32,264 nucleotides of DNA. Source: Candidatus Mesolinea sp. UBA5823 (GTDB taxonomy: Bacteria > Chloroflexota > Anaerolineae > Anaerolineales > Anaerolineaceae). Below the pieces are notes generated by a model. It made no database searches. It saw nothing but the letters and a program-made list of their open reading frames with translations, and was not told where the DNA came from. The position numbers were made by a program, and so were the translations under genes. The stretch spans positions 11,057 to 43,320 of the forward strand of contig DICP01000018.1 in NCBI GenBank assembly GCA_002417685.1. The letters are read 5' to 3'. Shown piece after piece: positions 8,766 through 17,641 of this stretch. Numbering within the stretch: position 1 is the first letter of the stretch; every line of letters starts with the position of its first letter.

Positions 8766-8774
8766 TGCTATAAT
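8766..8774 (+). promoter_or_regulatory. Candidate extended -10 promoter (TGcTATAAT) upstream of hom
   Basis: TGCTATAAT at 8766-8774, AGGAAA at 8794-8799, ATG at 8806. A second TATAAT lies at 8719-8724. Confidence 0.35.
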
Positions 8775-8805
8775 TAGCCATTGAAATAAACAACAGGAAA
8801 CCATT

Positions 8806-9849
8806 ATGAAGACGATCGATTTAGCACTGCTTGGATTTGGGAATGTCGGTAAGGCTTTTGCCCGCTTGCTGACCGCGAAAAAGCAGGAGTTACAAGAACA
8901 ATTTGGATTTAATTCGCGCATCACCGCAATCGCAACCGGAAGCCATGGGGTTTGCCTTGACCCAAACGGAATCGATGAGCAAAACTTACTCAACCTTTTG
9001 GCCAGCAAAGACCCGTTAGACTTGTCTGTTTTGGATAAGATGGCCTTTCATGGGGATATGTTCGATTTCATTCAGCAAGCTCCCGCCCATGTATTGGTCG
9101 AAACGACTCCTGTAAATCCGCGCTCCGGCTTACCTGCGCTGGACTATCTGCGGGCTGCAGCAAAACGAGGACTTCACCTCATCACTGCCAACAAAGGTCC
9201 GGTGGTCTACGGTTTTCGGGAACTGACCGAGCTAACCAAGGAACATGGGCGCCTCTTTCGGTTTGAATCTACGGTAATGGACGGTGCTCCAATTTTCTCG
9301 CTTTTCCGGGGTCCGCTCGCAGGGGCAAAGCTGCATGGCTTTTATGGGATTCTCAATTCCTGCACTAATCTGCTGCTTGACCGCATGCGTGGGGGTGAAA
9401 CTCTCGAGCAGGCAATTGCCTATGGCGCTTCGATTGGCATCACTGAGACTGACCCTAGTAATGATGTTGATGGATGGGACGCTGCTATCAAAGTGGCAGT
9501 CCTTTCGAACGTTTTGATGGGCCAAAACCTGACCCCCATGGATGTAAAACCGATCGGTATCCGCAGGATCACACCCGAAATGATTTCAACTGCAGAATCC
9601 CAAGGAAAGCGTTGGAAGCTAGTCTGCCAGGGAGGCTGGCAGGATGGGCACTATCAGGTTAGCGTAAAGCCTGAAATGGTGGGGCCAAGCTCTCCGCTTT
9701 ATACTGTTGATGGAACCTCTTCTTATGTGAACTTTGCACTGGACGTGCTCCCTGGATTGGGCATTTTAGAGACAGATCCCAGCCCTAAAACAACGGCATT
9801 CGGGCTTCTGGCGGATCTGATCGACATTGTAAAGAGTGAGACCAGATGA
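8806..9849 (+). CDS. hom: Homoserine dehydrogenase (short form, no ACT domain)
   Basis: NAD-binding N-terminus LALLGFGNVGKAF. It has ITANKGP, ESTVMDGAPIF, GILNSCTNLLL and GITETDPSNDVDGWDAAIKVAVLSN, which match the conserved homoserine dehydrogenase blocks as I remember them. Confidence 0.75.
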   Translation: MKTIDLALLGFGNVGKAFARLLTAKKQELQEQFGFNSRITAIATGSHGVCLDPNGIDEQNLLNLLASKDPLDLSVLDKMAFHGDMFDFIQQAPAHVLVETTPVNPRSGLPALDYLRAAAKRGLHLITANKGPVVYGFRELTELTKEHGRLFRFESTVMDGAPIFSLFRGPLAGAKLHGFYGILNSCTNLLLDRMRGGETLEQAIAYGASIGITETDPSNDVDGWDAAIKVAVLSNVLMGQNLTPMDVKPIGIRRITPEMISTAESQGKRWKLVCQGGWQDGHYQVSVKPEMVGPSSPLYTVDGTSSYVNFALDVLPGLGILETDPSPKTTAFGLLADLIDIVKSETR

Positions 9850-10325
9850 GCATTGCCTACCTAGGGCTTGGAACTAATCTGGGCGACCGTAAACAAAACA
9901 TTAGCAAAGCCATTGAAGCAATCTCGCTGAAAATGAGTATCTTTAAGCAATCTTCACTCTACGAAACAACAGCCTGGGGGTACACAAACCAACCCGACTT
10001 TCTCAACCAGGTGATTCAGGTTGAGACTAATTTAAGCCCGCTCCGCTTATTGAATTTCCTCAAGAAAACTGAGGTAGAGCTGGGACGAGTCGAAAACTTT
10101 CGCTATGGACCCCGCCTGATCGACATCGACATCCTTTTTTACGATGATTTGATAAAAACTACAAGTCGCCTAGAAATCCCTCACCCAAAAATCCCAGAAA
10201 GGGCTTTTGTTTTAGCGCCTCTAAATGAGATCGCGCCTGGATACGTTCACCCAGTTTTGAAGAAAACGATAGCAGAACTGTTGGCAGAGCTTCCGAATAA
10301 GACTGGAGTATGGCTATGCGAGTAG
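9846..10325 (+). CDS. folK: 2-amino-4-hydroxy-6-hydroxymethyldihydropteridine pyrophosphokinase (HPPK)
   Basis: IAYLGLGTNLGDR, SSLYETTAWGY..QPDFLNQV, RYGPRLIDIDILFYDD and HPKIPERAFVLAPLNEIAP are classic HPPK blocks. ATGA overlap with hom. Confidence 0.9.
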   Translation: MSIAYLGLGTNLGDRKQNISKAIEAISLKMSIFKQSSLYETTAWGYTNQPDFLNQVIQVETNLSPLRLLNFLKKTEVELGRVENFRYGPRLIDIDILFYDDLIKTTSRLEIPHPKIPERAFVLAPLNEIAPGYVHPVLKKTIAELLAELPNKTGVWLCE

Positions 10326-12121
10326 CGCTGGCTTTTTTGGCGGTCTGTCTGCCTGGTTTGGCTTGGTGGCTTTGGCTGGGAGACCATAAACAAGATGGTG
10401 GCGAGGCTCTGGCGCGAATATTTGCGGTTAGTGCTAGTGTCATAACTCTCGGAGCCTTGGCCTTTTATACGGTCAGGCTCAAAATTACCCCCCTGGCAAT
10501 CGGATTATTTCTAAGCTTATTCATTGGGCTAGTATTGACCGGCTTGATCCACAGTTGGAAAACCGCATTCAACAAGACTTGGTTAATCGCTTTGGTTATG
10601 CTGGCTATTTTTACCATCTGGCGAATTTGGCAAGCACGGGAATTGGTCTTCCCCAATTGGGTCGACTCTCAACACCATGTCTTGATCATCCGCAAGATTA
10701 TAGAAAATGGCGGGTTGCCTAGCACGCTCGAACCTTATCTGCCTGGACCTTTTTACTATCACTTTGCATTCCATGCGGTTACTGCGTTTTTCTCAGCATT
10801 GAGCGGTTTAGCTCCGGAAGGGGCTGTTTTGGTTTTGGGGCAAGTGATAAATGCCTGCGTTGGAATCTCAGTTTATGCTCTGGCGAAGGCTATAGGCAAA
10901 GATTGGCGGATTGGGGCGATGGCAGCGTTTTTTGTCACCTTCGCGACCAAAATGCCGGGTTACTACCTGACTTGGGGGCGCTATACTCTCCTAACGGGGG
11001 TAATGATATTACCGGTCGCAATGGCGGAGGTGATGCAGGTGAAGGACCGTCATGAACACTGGTGGCAAATGACAGGATTGACCCTCCTAACCGCCGGCAC
11101 CCTGCTCAGCCATTACTTCACTGCTTTTTTGCTCGCGCTCTTCCTGGTCATACTTGCCTTGCTTTGGCTTGTGCGCAGCCTAAAAGCCAAGCAGTTCCAG
11201 TGGAAAGAGTTGGCTGCGCTGGCGCTGCCGGCTTTGGGTGGACTGGTTTTAGTTTCGCGCTGGTATTGGCGCGTGTTCCGCTATTCACTCGGAGTCTTCC
11301 ACCCAGCTGTCACTCTCTCAGCAGGAGCGGCTGGAGACGTCAATCAGTGGCATTACTATTGGACGCTGGTGGGTCCATACAGCGGATATGTCGTTCTGGC
11401 ATTGGCGCTTATCGGCGCGCTAGCAAGTCTTTTCCACCAGAAAACGCGTGGGCTCGCCTTATGGGCCCTGCTCGTGGCATTTTTGGCATTGCCATTAGGG
11501 CTGCACATAGCACCCTTCCGCAGTGACCACTTTGCGCTCGTGCTATTTTTACCAGCCTGCAGCTTAGCCGCCTTAGGCTTGGAGTGGGCAAGCGGTCTGT
11601 TCCGGCGGCCATGGCCGCCGGCGGGGATTTCAGCTGGCATCACAGCTCTCGTGGTTTTTATGCTTATCTTTGGCGCTCAACAAACTTGGAACGTGGTCAA
11701 TCCGGACACCATCCTGGCAGACCAGGCCGACCTGGCAGCCTTGCAATGGATAGACACTCATACGCCTCAGGATGCGCGTTTCTTTATCAACACCACGCCT
11801 TGGGGGTATGAGCTTTACCGCGGCGTAGATGGAGGCGCATGGATTATGCCCTACACTGGCCGCTGGTCGCTGGCACCGACTATTTTTTACACTTTCGGCG
11901 GAGATAAGGCATTCAAAGCTCAAATGAGCGCTTGGGGAGAGAAAGCTGCTAACCTCAAAACTTGCGACGAAGACTTTTGGGGACTGGTGCAGGAGGCTGA
12001 TCTCCAATACCTCTACATTCGCAAGGGCAAAGGCAGCCTGCAGGCTGACGCATTGCGAGACTGCACCGGCCTCAAACAGCTTTATTCTGCCGGCGGTGTG
12101 AGTATTTGGTTGATTGAGTAG
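10310..12121 (+). CDS. Large polytopic membrane protein with a C-terminal extracytoplasmic domain (GT-C-like layout; function unknown)
   Basis: 603-aa ORF overlapping folK by 16 nt. It has ~13 hydrophobic helices. An early loop reads NWVDSQHHVLIIRKIIENGGLP. The soluble C-terminal ~150 aa include ...ALQWIDTHTPQDARFFINTTPWGYELYRGVDGG.... I recognise no firm family. Confidence 0.6.
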   Translation: MAMRVALAFLAVCLPGLAWWLWLGDHKQDGGEALARIFAVSASVITLGALAFYTVRLKITPLAIGLFLSLFIGLVLTGLIHSWKTAFNKTWLIALVMLAIFTIWRIWQARELVFPNWVDSQHHVLIIRKIIENGGLPSTLEPYLPGPFYYHFAFHAVTAFFSALSGLAPEGAVLVLGQVINACVGISVYALAKAIGKDWRIGAMAAFFVTFATKMPGYYLTWGRYTLLTGVMILPVAMAEVMQVKDRHEHWWQMTGLTLLTAGTLLSHYFTAFLLALFLVILALLWLVRSLKAKQFQWKELAALALPALGGLVLVSRWYWRVFRYSLGVFHPAVTLSAGAAGDVNQWHYYWTLVGPYSGYVVLALALIGALASLFHQKTRGLALWALLVAFLALPLGLHIAPFRSDHFALVLFLPACSLAALGLEWASGLFRRPWPPAGISAGITALVVFMLIFGAQQTWNVVNPDTILADQADLAALQWIDTHTPQDARFFINTTPWGYELYRGVDGGAWIMPYTGRWSLAPTIFYTFGGDKAFKAQMSAWGEKAANLKTCDEDFWGLVQEADLQYLYIRKGKGSLQADALRDCTGLKQLYSAGGVSIWLIE

Positions 12122-12176
12122 TCTATGCAACATTCATCTTGCCAATTATTATGTTTAGACCAAAGTTTCCTTACCG

Positions 12177-12206
12177 TTGACAAGACCTCACTGCCTGGTT
12201 GATAAT
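12177..12206 (+). promoter_or_regulatory. Sigma-70-like promoter of the sulfate-activation operon
   Basis: TTGACA at 12177-12182, an 18-nt spacer, GATAAT at 12201-12206 (or TGATAA with a 17-nt spacer). AGGAG at 12228-12232 and ATG at 12238. Confidence 0.5.
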
Positions 12207-12237
12207 AACTCAAATTTGGATAAGTCCAGGAGTAGGA

Positions 12238-12990
12238 ATGGATTTCAACTTAATTCTCGTGATCATTGTGGGTTTTATTGCCCAAATGATTGATGGCAGC
12301 TTAGGCATGGCTTATGGCGTGAGCGCCAATAGCTTTTTGCTCGGCGTAGGCTTGCCGCCAGCCATTGCCAGCGCCAGTGTCCATTCCGCGGAAATCGTTA
12401 CCACTGCTATTTCTGGCATTGCTCACTGGCATGAGGGGAATACCGATCGGCGCATGGTGCTCTCCTTGTTGATCCCTGGCGTCATTGGCGGCGCTTTAGG
12501 GGCTTATATTCTTACCAACATTGATGGCAATAAAATCAAACCCTATATCACTATTTACCTCTTGCTGATGGGAATCCGCATCTTGGTGAAAGCTTTCAAC
12601 GGTGCGCAGCTTTCTGAAGAAAAGCAAACCTCAAAATGGCTGATCCCCTTAGGTCTAGTCGGCGGCGTTTCAGATGCTATTGGTGGCGGGGGATGGGGGC
12701 CGATTGTCACCAGCACCCTTATTTCCAGCGGTCATGCACCCCGCAAAGCTATCGGTTCAGTCAATTTTGCTGAGTTTTTCGTGACCATTGCAGAAGTGAT
12801 TGTATTCATTACTTCGCTCTCATTTGTAGAAAACTGGCGTTACATTGTGGCCCTCTTGATTGGGGGCGTTATCGCTGCTCCCTTGGGTGCGCGTATCACT
12901 AGGAAAATCCCAGCTAAAACCCTGATGATTATGGTCGGCATCTTGATAATTGTCCTGCAGCTGCGCACGCTTTATCAGATTTACTTTTAA
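12238..12990 (+). CDS. TSUP/TauE-SafE family anion (sulfite/sulfonate/sulfate) permease
   Basis: MDFNLILVIIVGFIAQMIDGSLGMAYGV and the GGGGWGPIVTS Gly-rich motif. About 7-8 TM helices. I moved the start to ATG 12238 because it has an AGGAG RBS 5 nt upstream and because the listed TTG at 12199 lies inside the predicted promoter. Confidence 0.8.
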   Translation: MDFNLILVIIVGFIAQMIDGSLGMAYGVSANSFLLGVGLPPAIASASVHSAEIVTTAISGIAHWHEGNTDRRMVLSLLIPGVIGGALGAYILTNIDGNKIKPYITIYLLLMGIRILVKAFNGAQLSEEKQTSKWLIPLGLVGGVSDAIGGGGWGPIVTSTLISSGHAPRKAIGSVNFAEFFVTIAEVIVFITSLSFVENWRYIVALLIGGVIAAPLGARITRKIPAKTLMIMVGILIIVLQLRTLYQIYF

Positions 12991-12993
12991 GCA

Positions 12994-13590
12994 ATGGCAG
13001 AAAACCTTACTCCTTTTTCGCATCACATTCCCCTCGCAGTGCGCGAGCGGATCAACGGTCATAAAGCCTTAGTGCTTTGGTTCACTGGCCTTTCGGGCAG
13101 TGGTAAGAGCTCGATCGCTGGCGCATTGGAAAGCATACTCGTCGAGCGCTACCAGGCGCATACCTGCTTTTTGGATGGTGACAGCCTGCGCTCTGGGCTC
13201 AACCGTGACTTGGGATTTTCGGATGCCGACCGCACGGAAAATATCCGCCGGGTGGGTGAGGTGGCTCGCCTGATGTTCGAGGCTGGGTTGCTCACGCTGG
13301 TGGCGTTTATCAGTCCCTTTGCCCGTGATCGCGAGCGGGCACGTGCGCTCGTGCCGCCTGGGCGCTTTTGGGAGATTTATGTGGACTGCCCTATAGAGAT
13401 TTGCCAAAGGCGAGACCCAAAGCAGCTTTACCGGCGCGCAGGGCAAGGAGCAATTGCCGATTTCACAGGTATCAGCTCAGTTTATGAGCCGCCGCTGCAC
13501 CCCCAGCTTGTGCTGCACTCAGACCAATTTGGAATTGTTGAATGTGCCGAACAGGTCTTGGCACGCATGCTCGAAAACGGGGTATTATAG
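12994..13590 (+). CDS. cysC: Adenylylsulfate (APS) kinase
   Basis: The P-loop LWFTGLSGSGKSS, FLDGDSLRSGLNRDLGFSDADRTENIRRVGEVA and VAFISPF are all present and intact. It starts 3 nt after the permease stop. Confidence 0.93.
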   Translation: MAENLTPFSHHIPLAVRERINGHKALVLWFTGLSGSGKSSIAGALESILVERYQAHTCFLDGDSLRSGLNRDLGFSDADRTENIRRVGEVARLMFEAGLLTLVAFISPFARDRERARALVPPGRFWEIYVDCPIEICQRRDPKQLYRRAGQGAIADFTGISSVYEPPLHPQLVLHSDQFGIVECAEQVLARMLENGVL

Positions 13591-13607
13591 CTTTATGGCT
13601 GTAACTT

Positions 13608-14501
13608 TTGAGGAGTATTTTGGACCACTTACATGAACTAGAAAATCGTAGTGTCTACATTCTGCGGGAAGCTTACGCTAATATTAAATCTCTGGGAATG
13701 CTGTGGTCCATGGGTAAAGATAGCACCGTGCTGCTGTGGTTAGCCCGTAAAGCTTTTTTTGGACATATTCCTTTCCCGCTCATTCACATTGATACGCATT
13801 ATAAGATCCCGGAAATGATCCGCTACCGCGACCAAATGGTGCGCGAGCTACATCTAAACATGATCGTAGGCTCTAACTTAGAGGCGCTCGAGGCTAAAAA
13901 CACCTTTCCGGATGGCGCACTGGACCGTCTAAGCTGCTGTGCCACACTCAAGACGCAAGCGCTCAAGCAAACGCTCGACGGTACAGGTCCGCGGTTTCGC
14001 TTTAACCACGAAAAAGGAATCTATGAACGTGAAGAGCATCCCACACCCTTTACCGGTGTGATTGTGGGTGTGCGTGCCGATGAGGAGGGCTCGCGTTCTA
14101 AAGAACGTGTTTTTTCAGCTCGAGACGAGCAAAACGAGTGGAATGTTGCTAATCAGGCCCCCGAATTTTGGAACCAGTTCAAGACGGAATTTGCCCCGGG
14201 CACCACTGTGCGTGTGCACCCGCTGCTAGATTGGACTGAGCTGGATATTTGGGAGTACATCCGTGCAGAAAACATCCCTACGGTTTCGCTCTATTATAAT
14301 CACGGCGATGGCAAGCGCTACCGCTCCTTAGGTTGTTACCCTTGCACTTTTCCAGTCGAATCTGACGCGCGCAATGTGGATGAGATTATCGAAGAGCTAA
14401 GCGTGGGCAAGTTCGCCACCATCGCTGAGCGCTCCGGCCGGGCGCAGGATAAGGATGACGGCGGCTCGCTGGAGACCTTACGACGGGACGGATACATGTG
14501 A
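13608..14501 (+). CDS. cysD: Sulfate adenylyltransferase subunit 2
   Basis: [15 protein letters not shown] and the PP-loop [18 protein letters not shown]. Also [15 protein letters not shown] and [13 protein letters not shown]. The listed start is TTG 13608. An in-frame TTG at 13620, 4 nt after AGGAG (13611-13615), is an alternative. Confidence 0.92.
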   Translation: MRSILDHLHELENRSVYILREAYANIKSLGMLWSMGKDSTVLLWLARKAFFGHIPFPLIHIDTHYKIPEMIRYRDQMVRELHLNMIVGSNLEALEAKNTFPDGALDRLSCCATLKTQALKQTLDGTGPRFRFNHEKGIYEREEHPTPFTGVIVGVRADEEGSRSKERVFSARDEQNEWNVANQAPEFWNQFKTEFAPGTTVRVHPLLDWTELDIWEYIRAENIPTVSLYYNHGDGKRYRSLGCYPCTFPVESDARNVDEIIEELSVGKFATIAERSGRAQDKDDGGSLETLRRDGYM

Positions 14502-16321
14502 TGACACAAACTCTACCCCAAGAAAGCATGAACATCGTCTTCGTAGGGCATGTAGACCATGGCAAGAGCACGATCGTGGGCCGCTTACTGGCTGATACCA
14601 ACTCGCTGCCCAAGGGCAAGTTGGAAGCGCTGCAAGCCGATTGCGCTCGCCGCGGAGTGCCCTTTGAGTATGCTTATCTCATCGATGCACTCAAAGATGA
14701 GCGCACACAAAATATCACCATTGATACCGCGCGCATATTCTTCAAATCCAAATTGCGCGAGTATCTCATCCTAGATGCGCCTGGGCATATTGAATTTATC
14801 AAGAATATGGTGACGGGAGCCTCCCACGCGGAAGCAGCGGTGCTGGTGATCGATGCACATGAAGGCGTGCAAGAAAACTCCCGCCGGCACGGTTACCTGC
14901 TGGGCATGCTGGGCATTAATCAGGTCGTGGTGGCGATCAATAAGATGGATCTGGTCGGTTATGACCAAGCCGTGTTTGAAGCCGTGAAGAAAGAATATAG
15001 CGCCTTTCTTCAGACTATCGGCATCACCCCTGCTGCTTATATCCCTCTGAGCGGGCGTGAGGGCGACGGCGTCGCTTCTCACAGCCCTGCTATGCCGTGG
15101 TATACGGGCAAGACGCTTCTGGAGGCATTGGATGCCTTTGAAAAGCACAAACCGCTGGTAGACCGCCCATTGCGCATGCCCGTGCAGGACGTGTACAAAT
15201 TCTCGGAGGATGGCGATCAGCGCCGTATTGTGGCTGGCACCCTCTCGAGCGGTACGATGCGCCCTGGGGATGCTTTGGTTGCTTACCCCTCGGGCAAACG
15301 CACCCATGTTGCAGAGCTGGTCACTTTTAACCAAAGTTCGCTCAGCCAAGCTGAAGCCGGCGAAGCCATTGGTTTCACCATGCAAGAACAAATTTACCTG
15401 AGGCGCGGGGAAGTTATTTGCCATCCGGATGAGCCTGCGCCTGAAGTGAGCACGCGCCTGCGTACGAGCCTTTTTTGGATTGGCGAGCAGCCGCTACAGA
15501 TGGGGAAAGACTACCTGCTCAAGGTGGGCACTGCCAAGGAAAATGTGCGCGTAGAGGCCATCCATCATGTGTTGGATGCTGCTACCTACGACCTGTTGGA
15601 AAGCTCGGACGAGGTCAGCCGGCACATGGCTGGGGAAGTCACCCTGAGGGCTCGGCACCCCATCGCCTTTGATGTGGGTACCCAGCTCCCCGAGACCAGC
15701 CGCTTTGTGTTGGTGGATGGCTATGAGATCGCTGGGGGCGGCAGGATCTTGGAAGCCCTGCCCGATGAAGACATGCACCTGCGGCAAGAAGTCTACCAAC
15801 GCGACCAAAAGTGGGTGCAAGGCATCCTCACTGCCGGCCAACGCGCCCAGCGCTTCAATCAGCAGCCTGCACTGATCATTATCACTGGTGAGAAAGGCAT
15901 GGGCCGCAAGCGCTTAGCTGCACACTTGGAGCAGCACCTGTTTACGGAAGGCAGTCTGGTTTATTATCTCGGCATCGGTTCAGTCATTCATGGCGTCAAC
16001 TTTGACCTGACAAACCGCTCCAAACCCGAGGAGTGGGCTGAACATGTGCGCCGTTTTGCCGAAGTCTGCCATTTGCTGCTTGACACCGGTCTAATTTTGA
16101 TTGTCACCGCCATTGAACTGACCAGCGCAGATGTGAAAATCCTAAAGACCATCATCAACACCGAAATTATCCAAACTATCTGGCTGGGAGATAAGATCAC
16201 CACGGACCTGGTTCCAGATATTCACCTTAGGCTGAACGAGGATGAAGAGACCCAGTTGGCGCGCATCAAAGCGGGCATCGAGGCGGCCGGCGTGGTCAAT
16301 GGAGCGCACGAAATCCCCTGA
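14498..16321 (+). CDS. cysN: Sulfate adenylyltransferase subunit 1 (GTPase) fused to a degenerate APS-kinase-like C-terminal domain
   Basis: G-motifs [13 protein letters not shown] and NKMD. The last ~160 aa align to the CysC of this window but read [13 protein letters not shown] and AIEL where CysC has GLSGSGKS, LDGD and ISPF. The start is GTG 14498 or ATG 14501; both overlap the cysD stop. Confidence 0.9.
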   Translation: MMTQTLPQESMNIVFVGHVDHGKSTIVGRLLADTNSLPKGKLEALQADCARRGVPFEYAYLIDALKDERTQNITIDTARIFFKSKLREYLILDAPGHIEFIKNMVTGASHAEAAVLVIDAHEGVQENSRRHGYLLGMLGINQVVVAINKMDLVGYDQAVFEAVKKEYSAFLQTIGITPAAYIPLSGREGDGVASHSPAMPWYTGKTLLEALDAFEKHKPLVDRPLRMPVQDVYKFSEDGDQRRIVAGTLSSGTMRPGDALVAYPSGKRTHVAELVTFNQSSLSQAEAGEAIGFTMQEQIYLRRGEVICHPDEPAPEVSTRLRTSLFWIGEQPLQMGKDYLLKVGTAKENVRVEAIHHVLDAATYDLLESSDEVSRHMAGEVTLRARHPIAFDVGTQLPETSRFVLVDGYEIAGGGRILEALPDEDMHLRQEVYQRDQKWVQGILTAGQRAQRFNQQPALIIITGEKGMGRKRLAAHLEQHLFTEGSLVYYLGIGSVIHGVNFDLTNRSKPEEWAEHVRRFAEVCHLLLDTGLILIVTAIELTSADVKILKTIINTEIIQTIWLGDKITTDLVPDIHLRLNEDEETQLARIKAGIEAAGVVNGAHEIP

Positions 16322-16519
16322 GCCCCTTTTTAAGGTGGGCTATATAAGGCTGAGGTACCTTTTTTTGGTATTTGGAGGTTAGTTACCTCTGCGGCAATCG
16401 ACATAATTGCGGTATGATAGGTGCAAGCCGAATAAGCGGCGCTTGGGAAATTTAGTTGCTAATTAATCGCTGAGCGCTCCCTTGCTTTGATATTTTTATA
16501 TGCCGACCTACAGGTATCG

Positions 16520-17641
16520 ATGATCGTCTGCTATTTTGGAACCTACCGCCAGAATTACTCCCGCAACAAGAATATGATTGCGGCTTTGCGCTCTGTGGGC
16601 GTCGAGGTTAAGGAGTGCCATGTGCCTCTCTGGCACGGCGTGGAGGATCGCGTCAAGGTTACCAGCGGTGGGTGGAAAAAACCGTCCTTCTGGTGGCGGG
16701 TAATCAAAACTTACTGGCAGCTTTATTGGAAATATACGCGCATTGGAGAATACGATATCTTGATGGTTGGTTACCCCGGTCAGTTCGATATCCTCCTCGC
16801 CAGGATGTTAGCTAATAGAATGCATAAACCTTTGGTCTGGGATGTGCTTATGTCTATCTATCTGGTAGCATTGGAGCGTCAGCTTGATCAAGTAGAAGGC
16901 TCTTCAATTAATTTCATCCGTAAAGCCGAAGCTAAGGCTCTAAAAAAGCCTGATATGCTTATTCAGGACACTCAATCCTACGTTGACTGGCTGTGTGAAA
17001 CGTATCAAATCTCCTCTGATAAATTTCGCCTCTTGCCTATTGGTGCTGATGATCGTATTTTCAAACCTCAACCAGAGGGAAACAATCCAGATGGGCTCTT
17101 CCGCGTGCTGTATTACGGTTCCTATATTCCCAACCACGGTGTCAGCGTCATCTTATGTGCGGCTGAGATTCTACGCGGCCATAGCGATATTCTATTCGTA
17201 ATGATCGGAGAAGGTCCCGAAAGGGCTGGTGCCGAACGCTTTGTGCAGCAAAAAGGCTTGACCAATATCCAGTTTCAAAGTTGGGTTCCACAGGATGAGC
17301 TGCCTAGCCGGATCGCGCAAGCCGATGTCTGCCTGGGTGCTTTTGGCCAAACGCCACAATCCCTCATGACGGTGCACAACAAAGTATATGAAGGCATGGC
17401 CATGGGCAAGCCGGTCATTACTGGCCAAAGCCCCGCGATTGCTGCCCAGTTTCACTCGGGCGAAGAGCTCTTGGCCTGCCCGCGAACACCGCAAGGGCTT
17501 GCTGAGAGCATCCTGCAGCTCAAAGAAGACCCAGCATTTCGGGCAAGATTGGGTGTCAATGCCTTGCACACTTTTCAGGAGCGTTATTCCCTGCAGAGCC
17601 TAGGGAAGCTCCTCTTAGGTTACCTCCATGAATTTGACTGA
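16520..17641 (+). CDS. GT4-family (GT-B) glycosyltransferase
   Basis: MIVCYFGTYRQNYSRNKNMIAAL... N-terminus and C-terminal ...VHNKVYEGMAMGKPVITGQSPA.... I prefer ATG 16520 over the listed TTG 16487. Confidence 0.8.
   Translation: MIVCYFGTYRQNYSRNKNMIAALRSVGVEVKECHVPLWHGVEDRVKVTSGGWKKPSFWWRVIKTYWQLYWKYTRIGEYDILMVGYPGQFDILLARMLANRMHKPLVWDVLMSIYLVALERQLDQVEGSSINFIRKAEAKALKKPDMLIQDTQSYVDWLCETYQISSDKFRLLPIGADDRIFKPQPEGNNPDGLFRVLYYGSYIPNHGVSVILCAAEILRGHSDILFVMIGEGPERAGAERFVQQKGLTNIQFQSWVPQDELPSRIAQADVCLGAFGQTPQSLMTVHNKVYEGMAMGKPVITGQSPAIAAQFHSGEELLACPRTPQGLAESILQLKEDPAFRARLGVNALHTFQERYSLQSLGKLLLGYLHEFD

Noticed and set aside
11798-11812. PWGYE in the 603-aa membrane protein, considered as a degenerate WWDYG oligosaccharyltransferase motif
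   Set aside because: Only 3 of 5 positions match, and I could not find the other OST motifs (DxD loop pair, DK/MI). The evidence is too weak.
11062-12133. ORFs 11062..11526 (+), 11356..11643 (-) and 11630..12133 (-), which overlap the 603-aa membrane protein gene
   Set aside because: They are alternative-frame or antisense shadows. The translations are Arg/Ala/Pro-rich and low in complexity, whereas the main frame gives coherent TM helices.
14771-15424. 217-aa ORF on the minus strand inside cysN
   Set aside because: It is fully antisense to a gene with unmistakable CysN GTPase motifs. Its Arg/His/Ala-rich translation is typical of a shadow ORF in GC-rich coding DNA.
16322-16519. T7 run (about 16361-16367) and short hairpins (agccc...gggct; gaggt-tagtt-acctc) after cysN, considered as a terminator
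   Set aside because: The stems are only 5 bp and are not positioned directly before the T-run. I cannot support a terminator call. The spacer may still hold the promoter of the GT operon.
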